The notes under the pieces are model-generated. The model was not told the origin of the DNA. It did not search any database and saw nothing but the letters and a program-made list of their open reading frames with translations. The position numbers and the translations under genes were made by a program. Below are positions 1-11,010 of a stretch of 64,000 bases of DNA, piece after piece. Source of the stretch: Eledone cirrhosa. Its lineage: Eukaryota. The stretch spans positions 51,956,001-52,020,000 of the forward strand of contig OZ024741.1 in the NCBI GenBank assembly GCA_964016885.1, in the 5' to 3' direction. The first letter of the stretch is position 1. The number at the start of each line of letters is the position of its first letter.

Positions 1-880
1 TTTGCTGTTGCTTTGAAAATATTGTTGCACTGGCGAAGGCTCCTCGCCTCAAGGTATGGGATGACTTTGTTTACCTTAGCTGTTGTTTCTTTTAACTTTT
101 TCCTGTCTACAAATCTTAGGTTCATTGGTTTCTCACTATCATTGTTCATTTCATCTACCACTAAGTTTAGGATATCAACCAAATCTTGTCCTAGCCCGTC
201 AGCATTCATCTCAATGGCCGTATCTTTGTTCCAGGTATTATTTATTTCAGCATTCAGATCATTGTCTGCTTCGGATGGTTCCTCCGTTCTCTCAACCTCT
301 TCACCTTCATTTCCCACTGGGCCGTTTGCCTGGCATACTCCACTCTCCATTTCCAACCTAATCTCTCTGTTCAGTTCCTCCAGTTCCAGCTCGCTTATCC
401 ACCCATTAGTTCTTATTACCCGAGCTTGCCCGGCCAATTTTTGTTCATCTAATTTAAATAGACCAATCTCGTTCCAGATGTTATGCATCCGTTTCCTATA
501 GCCTTTTTCCTTAGGGTTACTCTTCAGGTAACATTGCATAACAGTTCTATTCAATTCTTTCGTCCAGTTGGTTCTGGTCCCTTTCTTTCTTCTTCCTACC
601 AAACCAGCAGTATTTGGTTGACAGCCAGGTCCCTGCTGCTGAGCCAGGGAGCACCTGCTGGGTGAAAGTCTGTCACATGATATTCCAGTCTCCATTTCAT
701 CGTTATTCGAACAATTTAGGTTCGACATTGAAACACTCTTATCGAGGATTGGCGAATGTATGGTTACATAACCACCGGTGATTTCATCACCTCTGGTGAT
801 TTGATCACCCTCGATGATTTTAGCGTGGCACTATCACGCTGTAGACGAACATAAATAAACAAACAAACAAATAGGTAAAT
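1..880 (-). mobile_element. R4/Dong-clade non-LTR retrotransposon, 5' portion (runs off window start)
   Basis: Reverse complement closely matches the 5'UTR and ORF start of the copy at 19848-23494 (ATGTCGAACCTAAA start at 728). The 5' end abuts (TAA)n in element sense at 881-900. Confidence 0.9.
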
Positions 881-911
881 TATTATTATTATTATTATTA
901 TTCTCCATTTA

Positions 912-1096
912 TGGCGGTGGATTGGCAGTATCGGTAGAGGGTCGGACGCCATGCTTTCCAGCATAGTTACGTCTCTTTACGATCTGAGTTCAAATCCCGC
1001 CGAGGTTGACTTTGCCTTTCATCCTTACGGGGTCGATAAAATAAAGTACCAGTAATGCACTGGGTAATTGCTGGCCTTGTGCCTAAAGTAGAAACA
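912..1096 (+). mobile_element. tRNA-derived SINE with Deu/Nin-domain-like core and 15-bp TSD
   Basis: A-box-like TGGCAGTATCGG, B-box GAGTTCAAATCCC, core GCCTTTCATCCTTACGGGGTCGATAAA. Flanked by ATTATTCTCCATTTA at 897-911 and 1097-1111. Related copies at about 25627-25770, 26463-26500 and 35241-35348. The domain name is from recall. Confidence 0.8.
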
Positions 1097-1102
1097 ATTA
1101 TT

Positions 1103-1644
1103 CTCCATTTAGCCGGGAAGGGCAGGCAGTTTTTATCTGTCTGGTGGCCATAGCGAAAGAGATAGTATGGTGGGCACGTTTGAAAGGGCTGAAGACGAGC
1201 ACTTACCTCTTCGGTGATGCCCTGATTAACTTTTTCAAATTTCATTTGAAAAGGAAAATCAGGGTAGAGAGGAAAGTGCTCTCTTCCCAGCATTTTGTTG
1301 AAAGATGGGTGAGAGAAGCAAGTATGGCCCGAATGAATGGGCCTTCTCTGAGTATGTGTCTGTAAATTAAAGGTGGAAAACTGGGAGAGGGCACTTGCCC
1401 TGGTGGTCAGGGCCACTGTGGTCTTTTAATGGGCTTTCTCCACAAATGTCCCTCCGAAGTCTCCCCCCTATTGGGGAATTTTTCTTTGTTATTTTATTTC
1501 AACCTCTGTTTTTTTTACACGCAGAAATGCCCATTTGTACCGTCCTGTATTGTCCTGTACTGTCCTTAATGTCTACTTTATGTAAACCCTTATGGTTAAT
1601 AAAGAAAACATTATTGTTACTATTATTATTATTATTATTATTAT
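1103..1644 (+). mobile_element. Tx1-clade LINE, 5'-truncated 3' fragment with (ATT)n tail
   Basis: Encodes the ORF2 C-terminus (KEIVWWARLKGLK...GPSLSMCL), nearly identical to copy A. Same 3'UTR, AATAAA and (ATT)n. Confidence 0.93.
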
Positions 1645-1664
1645 TTTTTTTTTTTTCAAATTCA

Positions 1665-4600
1665 ATGATGTTCCAGAACAATGTAAAAGAGATAATTGGC
1701 AATTTAGGTTCTGGAACAAAAAAGATAATTGCCAATAAGGGCAGGGGCCCCAGGTTATCACAGCCTGGGCCTGCTCGTCATCCTGCTATTGTAATAGAGC
1801 CGAACAAGGCATTTAGTCTTGGGTGCTGGAACGTACGGACGCTGCTTGACAGGGATTCCTTGGAGTGTCCTGAACGAAGGACCGCTCTTGTTGCAAAGGA
1901 GCTTCGACGTTACGATCTTGAAATCGTGGCTTTATCTGAGACGAGGTCAGCTGGAGATGATCATCTTACAGAATTTTGTGGAGAATATACATTCTTCTAG
2001 AAAGGAAGAGATGAAGGAACGAGAAGAGAGGCTGTGGTAGGATTTGCTGTTAATACTGTTCTTGTGAATAAATTAGAAGAATTCCCAGTAGGGATTAGTG
2101 AGCGTTTTATGTCCATGAGAATTCCGCTGGACAAAGGAAGATATGCGACCCTGGTGAGTGTGTATGCTCCAACTATGAATTCTGTCGATGAAGAAAAACT
2201 GTCCTTTTACCATGCCTTGAAAGGTGTTTTAAGAAATATCCCTCAGGCAGACAAAGTTATCGTGCTTGGTGACTTTAATGCTAGAGTGGGTAGGGATTTT
2301 AACACATGGAATGTAATCGGAAGGAATGGGGTGGGAAAGTGTAACAACAATGGTATGCTCCTGCTGAAGATGTGTGAGGAGTTGGATCTGTGTGTTACCA
2401 ACACCATGTTGCAACAAAAGAACAAATTCAAGACCACATGGATGCATCCTGCATCTAAGGAATGGCATCTTTTGAACTACGTCCTAGTCAGGATGCGTGA
2501 CAGACAGGATGTGCAGTGTGTTCGTGCTCTTCGTGGAGCTGAGTGCTGGACGGAACACCGCCTGGTACGCGCAAAAGTGAAACTAATCACTAAACGTAAG
2601 ATCCGGGCTCCTGGTGTTGCCCTGCCCAAAATATTGAATGCTGCTCGTCTTAAGGATAACAATGTGAAGAGGACATTGGAAGAAGAGATGCAGGCTGCAG
2701 ATCTTGGTGAGGATTGGCCAACCCTTAAAAAGTCGGTTTATGATGTAGGCAGACGTGTTCTGGGATTGGTGCAGAGAAAACATCAGGACTGGTTTAATGA
2801 GAATGATGTACATATAGAAGACTTGTTGGTTGATAAGAGGCGTGCTCTGCCACGCTACTTGACGGCAAAACCACAGGAGAGGAATACGTTGCATGAGGAA
2901 CTCAAGGATGTAAAATCACGTGTTAGGCGGAGTCTTTCTCAGATGAAGGATCAGTGGTGGAGTGAGAAGGCTGGTGAGATACAAACTGCGTCAGATTCCA
3001 ATAACACAAAGCTGTTGTACAGTTTCTTGCGTGAGGTTTATGGACCGTCTTCTTCTCTGGTGACACCGCTTCGCAGCAAGGATGGCAAAGAACTTCTTCG
3101 TGACTCACAAGGAATTCTACGAAGGTGGCGAGAGCACTTTGATGATCTTTTGAATCAGCCGTCTGTCATCAGTGAAGATTTCCTCAATCTCATTCCAGAA
3201 AGTCCTGTGAAAGTAGCTCTCGCAGAACCTCCGACGCTTGGGGAGGTTGCAGTGGCTATCTCGAAGCTGAACAGTAGAAGGACTCCAGGTATGGATGGCA
3301 TACATGCTGAGCTCCTACAATATGGTGGTGAGAGACTCCTGCAACATCTTCACTCTTTGTTTGGCAGGATATGGGCTAATGAATCCGTACCTGAGGACTG
3401 GAGAGATGCAGTGATGGTGGTCTTGTACAAGGGAAAGGGTAACAGGAATGATTGTGGGAACTACAGAGGTATATCATTGCTTTCTGTCGTAGGGAAAGTT
3501 TTATGTAGGGTGCTTCTGGACCGTCTGCTGACACACGTTGCAGATTGTGTTCTTCCTGAAAGTCAATCTGGTTTTCGTGCTAGACGCGGCACTACTGATA
3601 TGATCTTCTCAGCAAGACAGCTCCAGGAGAAGTGCATGGAACAAGGTTTGGATCTGTATCAGGTTTTTGTCGATCTGACAAAAGCTTTCGATACTGTTAA
3701 CAGAGATGCATTATGGAAGGTTCTACAGAAACTTGGTTGCCCTGATAAGTTCCTTGCTTTAGTTAGGTCTTTCCATGACGACATGAAGGCTTGGGTTAAT
3801 GTCGGAGGTAACATGTCGGAGCCTATCTGAGTAAAAAATGGAGTGAAACAGGGGGATATTCCAGCACCGACCCTGTTTGCCATATAATTGGCAATGGTTT
3901 TCTGTATTGAATTCAGGAATTGCAAGCATGGTGTTTACATCCGATATCGAACCTCAGGCAGCATATTTAACATCAGGCGCTTTGCTGCAAAGACAAAAGT
4001 ATTTACATCAATCATAAGAGACCTCTTGTATGCAGATGATTGCGATCTTGTAGCGCACACAGAGAGTGAAATGCAGCACATTTTGAATGCATTTTCTGAC
4101 GCTTGCACTGCCCTAGGATTGACTGTCAGTCTCAAGAAAACCGTCGTCATGTACAACCTGCCCCTGGTAAGCAGTACACTGAACCAAATATCTATGTGTA
4201 TGGCAAACGACTTGGAGTGGTTGATCAGTTTGTCTACCTGGGAAGCACTGTCAATCGATACAGCAACCTTGACAGTGAAATCTCACTTAGGATTAGGAAA
4301 GCAAGTGATGCTTTCGGAAAGCTAGAAAGGCGACTCTGGGGTCGGCGAGACATATGCAGGAGGACAAAGGTAAAGGTGTACAAGGCATGTGTGCTCTCTT
4401 GTATTCTTTATACCTGTGAGACCTGGGTCACATATCGACACCACCTTAAGCAATTGGAGCGTTTCCATCAGATGTGTCTCAGACGGATCCATGGCGTTCA
4501 CTGGAGGGTCCACATCAGTGATGTCGAGATTTTGGAAAGCTCTATGTGTGACAGTATAGAAGCTCTTGTGCTTAAGCAACGACTCCGTTGGAGTGGTCAC

Positions 4601-5209
4601 CTTGCCAGGATGAAGGATTCTAGAATACCAAAACAACTCTTCTATGGAGAGTTGGTTAAAGGAAAACGACCGCCACATAAACCAAAAAAGAGGTATAAGG
4701 ATTCCTTGAAAGCCTCTTTGAAAGACGCTAACATCTCTGCTGATACATGGGAAAATATTGCTGCTGATCGTAATAAATGGAGAAAGACTGTATATGAGGG
4801 AAAAGTTGCCTTTGAGGCATCTCGAATCGCATACGAGAAAGTAAAGCGGGATGTGAGGAAGGGCATTGCTGTTACACTTCCAGACGGCGAGGGTCCTCCT
4901 ATGGTGCTGACATGCAGCATCTGTGCGAGACTCTGCCTAAGCAAAGCTGGACTCGAAAGTCATCTTCGCAGTCATAAAGTAAGACCAGTGGTTGACTACC
5001 AGGCTGCTGTTGGAGATGCTACTCATCATGCTTGCCAAGCATGTGGTAGAGAATGTAAATCAGCAAGAGGGCTCAAACGACATGCAAAAGTACATGAACT
5101 CCAACCACAGCCGGCTATTCCCAGTGAATGTTTTGGTTGCCGACGCTGTGCAAGACATTTTAGATCATTGGCTGGGCTAAAAAGCCACATTCGATCGCAG
5201 CGCTGTTAG
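1665..5209 (+). pseudogene. RTE (BovB-like) LINE ORF: APE endonuclease + RT + three C2H2-type fingers; disrupted
   Basis: WNVRTL, ALSETR, GDFNARVG, TWMHP (APE); NYRGISLL, FVDLTKAFD, GVKQG, LYADD (RT); RLRWSGH. Stops at 1998-2000 and 3828-3830, frameshift near 4150. Followed by a (TG)n tail. Confidence 0.92.
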
Positions 5210-5340
5210 TTGCTATCGTGTGTGTGTGTGTATAGATATGTTTATGTGTGTGCGTGTGTGTGTATATATATATATGTATATGTATATTATTATTGTTGTT
5301 GTTGTCGTTATTATTATTGTTATTATTATTATTGTTGTTA

Positions 5341-5578
5341 TTCCTTGAATCTCAGTCATTGATGTTGGTTAACTGGAAAGTCCGTTGGAATGAATATCAA
5401 GCCACTACCTGCAGCCTCAGATATTCAGGACGTATCGGAGGGTTCTTGCTGTTCCCAGCAAGCATGCCTTTTGAAGCGTTCCAAAAAGCGTGAAGGGGCC
5501 GATTTTCTTTAACCATCCCTGGAAACTTTTGGAGATAGTCCCCAGTGCGCCTATGACAATCGGGATCACTTTGACTTC

Positions 5579-5579
<1 letters not shown>
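5341..5579 (-). mobile_element. R4/Dong 3' fragment (5'-truncated)
   Basis: Reverse complement matches about 23257-23490 (EVKVIPIVIGALG...QKACLLGTARTLRYVL and 3'UTR). (TAA)n on both sides in element sense. Confidence 0.9.
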
Positions 5580-5627
<48 letters not shown>

Positions 5628-6456
5628 GTTATTAATGTATATTCTGTTATTTAATAAAATGTTTTTGGATCTCATAATACAATTATGTAATGTAGAATTA
5701 TTTTGTATTATGAAATCCCAAAACATTTTATTAAATAACAGAATAGAGCGATCGTTATACTGTAACCATCGCTTAAAATCTACATTTTCATATTATAAAT
5801 ACTACCAGGATTGAACGCCTGTCTCTATCCCCGTTTGATTGTCAAAATAGATATGAACATTCTTTATTAGTCTTAATTCTATCAACTCTTCTATTATTTA
5901 CCTTTTAATACAAACTACTATAGATAAAATGAGATTTCTGATTTCTTGATTCAATTCCCTAGTGCATATACCAGCTGGCTACTAGCATTGATGTTATTTA
6001 GTAGCAATCGAAATCTCCCCCTTCCCCAATTGACACTTTATAATTAATACTACTGCACCAAATGACCAGCCCTGTCCACTGTCCAGTTGGTCAAGTAGAG
6101 ATTAAAATTGGCACTCCCAAAATTCTTATTTAGATTTACTCATGGTATTCTCATTAAAAACCCATTATATACTTGTTTGGCAGTAAATTATTTTACCATC
6201 TGTCATATTCATACTCTATCCCCTCTGTTCCTTCCTCTTTTACTAATATAAATACTTCAATTTTTCTGATTTTATCCAGTTTATCCAAAATCTCTGAAGA
6301 AGTGACAACTGATTATACATTTGCTATCGAATACTTGCTAACATTATATGATTACGCAAGCAGCGATACATAGGTATTCGGTCTGTTACAGAAACATATG
6401 TCAATACCTAATAAATTCCTTTTTTAACAAAAGCACTTTCATTTTATATTCATCCT

Positions 6457-6493
<37 letters not shown>

Positions 6494-6673
6494 AGTGTGT
6501 GTGTGTGTGTGTGTGGTGACAATACAAACTAACTTGTTTATTTTTTCTATTTATTCTTTCAATAGCCGTAACTGCCGAGTTGATGAAGGGTTCGGTTAAA
6601 ACATCCATTCAGCTCACCGTTTCTACATCAAGAATCTGATCATGTAGTTATGGATTCCTAACATTCTGCTTCT

Positions 6674-7001
6674 TTCAATACTGGACATAGCATTATCCAA
6701 TTTTCCTTTGCAAATAGAGCGAAGAGATTTGAAGAAACGTTACTTCAATACCAGACGTACTGTTATCCAGTATTTAAAGAACATTTATTTCAAAGAGAAT
6801 ACAATTATTTTAAAAAACGTTATTTCAATATAGAAAACAGTGTTATCTAATGTTCCTTTGAAAATAGAATAAAGTGATTTAAAGGAAGGTTATTTTAATA
6901 CTAGGCGTATTATTGACCAGGATTTAGAGAAACAATATTTCAAGAGTTATCCACTGTCTGTTTTGAAAGTGAAACAATTTAAAGAAATGTCATTTCAATA
7001 C
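6674..7001. repeat. Degenerate ~70-80 bp tandem repeat, about 4-5 units
   Basis: Recurring TTCAATA...TTATCCA...ATTTAAAG(A/G)AA.GTTA motifs. Confidence 0.45.
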
Positions 7002-7011
7002 GTGAATATTT

Positions 7012-7277
7012 GAGTCCCAGGCTCAGCTGGCTTCTGATGACAGTATATCAAATCAACCCCTATCTTGGGTTACAGATCTCCCGCTAGATTAGTTTTCTGT
7101 CTCTGTTGAGAAGAGAGGAGAGATGGACCACGGGGCTAGCAACTTTACTTCTATGAATCAAAATCGTTACAAAAACAACGAATAGACACCTGGTCTACGA
7201 GCAGGTCCATGGTAAGGCTTGCAACTGTGTGGAATGAAGTCTCTCGTCGCCCAATGCTCTATGGGGAGTAAAAAGAA

Positions 7278-7280
<3 letters not shown>
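7012..7280 (+). mobile_element. Probable RTE-related bipartite SINE / non-autonomous element
   Basis: GGGGCTAGCAACTTTACT resembles RTE 5'UTR motifs; TCGTCGCCCAATGCTCTATGGGGAGTAAAAAGAACTG resembles RTE 3' ends, then (AAT)n. Recognition is from memory only. Confidence 0.4.
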
Positions 7281-7314
<34 letters not shown>

Positions 7315-7556
7315 TTTTCTTTATTAACCACAAGGGTTCACGTAAAGTAGACATTAAGGACAGTACAGGACAATACAGGACGGTACAAATGGGCATTTCT
7401 GCGTGTAAAAAAACAGAGGTTGAAATAAAATAACAAAGAAAAATTCCCCAATAGGGGGGAGACTTCCAAGGGACATTTGTGGAGAAAGCCCATTAAAAGA
7501 CCACAGTGGCCCTGACCACCAGGGCAAGTGCCCTCTCCCAGTTTTCCACCTTTAAT

Positions 7557-10500
7557 TTACAGACACATACTCAGAGAAGGCCCATTCATTCGGGCCATAC
7601 TTGCTTCTCTCACCCATCTTTCAACAAAATGCTGGGAAGAGAGCACTTCCCTCTCTACCCTGATTTTCCTTTTCAAATGAAATTTGAAAAAGTTAATCAG
7701 GGCATCACCGAAGAGGTAAGTGCTCGTCTTCAGCCCTTTCAAACGTGTCCACCATACTATCTCTTTCGCCATGGCCACCAGACAGATAAACACTGCCTGC
7801 CCTTCCAGGCTAAAGGAAGGGGGCGGGGCAATCCTCACGATGGACTCAGCTGATAGCTGGATCCGTCCTACACGTGACAGCAGGTGTTCGACATAAACCC
7901 ACAAGTCAGCAATGCTCGGACACTGGACGAGTGCGTGCAGGACGGTTTCGTCGCCCTGCGCGCATCTCGGACATGCCTGGCTGACGGCACCTCCATGCCT
8001 GTAGAGTTTATCCCGAACTGGCAAAGCTCCTCGGTAGCACTGCCAGGCCAGGGATTTCTGGAAGTTGTCCATAGGCCCCGGCCCGAAAGTCCTTCCGAAG
8101 AGATTGGCTAGTTGATTTTCGTCGGCGCCTAGAGTTTCTCCAAGTACGTCGTCGCTCTTCCCCTCCACTAATCCCCTATAGAACGCCAAGGTGGAGTTTC
8201 CACCGATCACATTGCCCGATTGGTCGAGGGCTGTGAGCGCCTGAAGACATTCCAGTCTCCAAGCGCTCCCTCTCGGTCTTCGCTTGACCCAGGACTGCAG
8301 CTCCGTCAAGAAGACGAGCTGGGGAAAAACGTGTCTTGCAAACGGCGACCACACCTGATCACCGTCGAGGAAGAGGTGGAGATGTCGTAGCCTGAGCGCG
8401 TGTCTGCGCATCAACAGCCACGGCATGCCCAGCCCTCCACGTAGCGGGTGTTGACAGCAGATGGACCGCCTGACCATCGGAGCGCGTCCCTTCCACAAGA
8501 AGCGAAAGAGCAAACGCTCCAGCGCAGTCAGGCGGGGCTTAGGACAAGGTACGACGGTCAGGCGGTAGTAGATGACGGATGCGATGTACGCATTCGCCAC
8601 CTCCGCTCGACCTTTCAGGGATAGCTTCCTCTCGGCCCATTTCTGGGTGAGAGAAGCCACCCTGCTCGTCACCTCGTCCCAGTTTTTGTCCGTCTGGAGG
8701 TCTGGACCGAACCAGACCCCTAGCAATTTAACCGGTCCGTCCGTCCAGCGCCCGACGACGCTGTTGGACGGCATGGACCTGCCTCTCCAGGTGCCGAGCT
8801 GCAGGCCCACTGACTTTTCCTGGTTGATCATTGCTCCTGTCACCGCTTCGTATTCTCTTAGTGTAGTGCCTATCGCCTCGATGTGTTTGGCGTTCGACAC
8901 CACTACGGTGACATCGTCGGCATATGCTGACACGGATCTCCAGCATCCTAGTTCGCGCGGGACCCCCCTCAACGTCTCCAGTTTGTGCAGTAATGGCTCG
9001 AGAGTCAATACGTACAATAGGGACGAGAGGGGACATCCTTGGCGGACCGAGCGCATGATGTTGAACGGTTCCGAAAGGTGACCGTTCACTCTCACTACAG
9101 AGCAGATGTCGCTGTGCATGGCAGCGATCCAGCCTCTGAAGACGGGCCCAAAGCCAGCCGCCCTCAGGACTGCCGCTAAGTAACGATGGTCGACCCTATC
9201 GAAGGCTTTCGACTGATCTAAATTGATCAAAGACCCACCCGTGCCAGGTTCCCTAGCTACCCTCTCTACGATGTATCGCATGAGGTGGAGGTTGTCGTGG
9301 ATGGATCTGTCGGGAATGACGCATGTCTGTGCCTCTCCCACCAGACCACCAACGACAAGCGCCAACCTCTTTGCTAGCACCTTGGCCAAAATCTTGAACT
9401 CTGTGTTTAGCGGAGTTATGGGCCTAAAATTATCTATGTTATCCCCCTTGTTCGGATCCTTTCTCAGCAGCGCCACCGCTCCTCGGCTCACAGAGCTGGG
9501 AATTCTCCCGTTCTGTTGCCAGTTGCAGTAGACGTCCGCCAAGAGGCCTCCGAACAAGTTTGGCATTTGTACGTAAAGTTCATAGGGCAGACCATCCAAA
9601 CCAGGCGATTTACCCCTTGTGCAACTAGTCATTGCATCCCGTACTTCAGCGGTTGTTATCGGCTTTTCGCAACACTCCGCCTCAGTGGCCGAGAGCCGCG
9701 GCAGTCCGTCGAGGTAGACACTAAAGTCCATCCCTCGATCCGGCCCGCCGCTGCCCCCGAACAGTTGAGCGAAGTGTCGCTGAAAAGCTTCACACATTTG
9801 CCCGGGATCGAGTAGCATGCGCCCGTCGTGGTCTATCAAAGACCGGATCGTGGCTTTGTTGCCACGACGCGCCTCCGCCACTCGGGCCCATTGAACGGCT
9901 TTCGTCCCCTCGTGTCTGAGAGCACGCACCCTAGCTCTGACAACGCAGCCTTCGTGCTTTGCATTGAAGAATTGGTCAAGGGCCAATTTCGCCGCAAGTA
10001 CGTCGGTCGCGATGCCTTTGCTAAGCGCCTCATCTAATTTTCTAACTAATTCTTCCTCTGCTCTATTTTTCTCTATTGCTAAAGTCTTACTAAACCTAAT
10101 GGACTCTATTCTAATTGCTCTTTTCAGAGCAAACCACCACTTGTTGTTGACGATGGCCCCCGTCAACGCCCGCTTAACTAGTTCGCTAATCCGGTCTCTG
10201 TAGGCCATGCGCGCTGGTAAGGACGCGTTCAGCTTCCAGTAGCCGGGTCCTCGTCTATGAAGCCTATCTAAGTCAAGCATACAGATCACGAATTTGTGGT
10301 CCGTGTAGCTGACTATCTTGAATTGTGGACAGCCTATGCTAGACCTATCTATTTCCCTACAAAATACTCTATCTAGATATGATCTGGATGACCCTATGCG
10401 ATTTGTCCAAGTCCACATTGGTACATTCGGGAAATCCATTCGGTACCTGCCAGACAGTTCAAAACGTCTGAGCAGGTTGGTGAGACTTATGCACCCTCCT

Positions 10501-10976
10501 TCCCTATCCACTAATCCCACACAATCCCAGCGTGCATCTAAGATCCCGTTCCAGTCGCCCACTAACACTAAAGAGCGGGACGTTCCAAGAAAGGTCTCCA
10601 GACGCCGGAAGAAATCAGGCCGCCCTGCTCCTGTCGGGGCATAGACGGCCACTAACCTGAAAGCTTGCCCGTCTCCGCTGGTCACGTCCAGCACCACCAA
10701 CTTACCTTCTGGGTCCAGGAAGATGGCCCGTATGGCAAGATCCAAACCTCTCCGAAAAAGCACAGCAACTCCTCCCCCCGATCCCGGACGGCTGGGAGAT
10801 GCGTACACATCGTAGCCGCCGAAGATCGGTGCGAAAGCCTGTGCTTCGGAGATTCTGGTCTCGCTGATGGCCACTACATCTATGTTTAGTGACCTGAGGT
10901 CGTTGAGCAGGTGGCCCTGCTTCCATGACGACCCCAAGCCACGCGCATTTATGCTGCCTATTCTGAGTGAGGTCAT
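7557..10976 (-). CDS. Tx1 ORF2, 1139 aa, intact: APE endonuclease, RT, C-terminal CCHC zinc finger
   Basis: NARGL, SETR, GDWN, YLDR, TDH; PGYWKLN; KSPGLDG, NFRPI, DQSKAFDRV, RQGCPLS, YADD; CPRC...ETVLHALVQC. Confidence 0.96.
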   Translation of the reverse strand: MTSLRIGSINARGLGSSWKQGHLLNDLRSLNIDVVAISETRISEAQAFAPIFGGYDVYASPSRPGSGGGVAVLFRRGLDLAIRAIFLDPEGKLVVLDVTSGDGQAFRLVAVYAPTGAGRPDFFRRLETFLGTSRSLVLVGDWNGILDARWDCVGLVDREGGCISLTNLLRRFELSGRYRMDFPNVPMWTWTNRIGSSRSYLDRVFCREIDRSSIGCPQFKIVSYTDHKFVICMLDLDRLHRRGPGYWKLNASLPARMAYRDRISELVKRALTGAIVNNKWWFALKRAIRIESIRFSKTLAIEKNRAEEELVRKLDEALSKGIATDVLAAKLALDQFFNAKHEGCVVRARVRALRHEGTKAVQWARVAEARRGNKATIRSLIDHDGRMLLDPGQMCEAFQRHFAQLFGGSGGPDRGMDFSVYLDGLPRLSATEAECCEKPITTAEVRDAMTSCTRGKSPGLDGLPYELYVQMPNLFGGLLADVYCNWQQNGRIPSSVSRGAVALLRKDPNKGDNIDNFRPITPLNTEFKILAKVLAKRLALVVGGLVGEAQTCVIPDRSIHDNLHLMRYIVERVAREPGTGGSLINLDQSKAFDRVDHRYLAAVLRAAGFGPVFRGWIAAMHSDICSVVRVNGHLSEPFNIMRSVRQGCPLSSLLYVLTLEPLLHKLETLRGVPRELGCWRSVSAYADDVTVVVSNAKHIEAIGTTLREYEAVTGAMINQEKSVGLQLGTWRGRSMPSNSVVGRWTDGPVKLLGVWFGPDLQTDKNWDEVTSRVASLTQKWAERKLSLKGRAEVANAYIASVIYYRLTVVPCPKPRLTALERLLFRFLWKGRAPMVRRSICCQHPLRGGLGMPWLLMRRHALRLRHLHLFLDGDQVWSPFARHVFPQLVFLTELQSWVKRRPRGSAWRLECLQALTALDQSGNVIGGNSTLAFYRGLVEGKSDDVLGETLGADENQLANLFGRTFGPGPMDNFQKSLAWQCYRGALPVRDKLYRHGGAVSQACPRCAQGDETVLHALVQCPSIADLWVYVEHLLSRVGRIQLSAESIVRIAPPPSFSLEGQAVFICLVAMAKEIVWWTRLKGLKTSTYLFGDALINFFKFHLKRKIRVEREVLSSQHFVERWVREASMARMNGPSLSMCL

Positions 10977-11010
10977 GTTGAAAAGGAGTGGAAAAGATGG
11001 GAAAGACCAC

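Noticed and set aside
912-1000. tRNA gene
   Set aside because: A/B boxes are present but there is no cloverleaf; it continues into a SINE body with a TSD.
1395-1664. N-terminal extension of the RTE ORF (MPWWSG...poly-L)
   Set aside because: Readthrough of the Tx1 3'UTR and (TTA)n tail; the likely start is ATG at 1665.
4905-5209. Host C2H2 zinc-finger gene
   Set aside because: In frame with the RTE RT/C-terminal region, no TGEKP linkers, ends at the element tail.
8572-10889. Antisense ORFs repeated in Tx1 copies A, B and C (e.g. 169 aa at 8572-9081)
   Set aside because: Expected shadows of a GC-rich ORF; conservation reflects copy identity and no domains are recognisable.
10977-11010. Programmed frameshift or readthrough between ORF1 and ORF2
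   Set aside because: Spacer is 34 nt in A/B and 35 nt in C, giving different frame offsets; no slippery heptamer at the stop.
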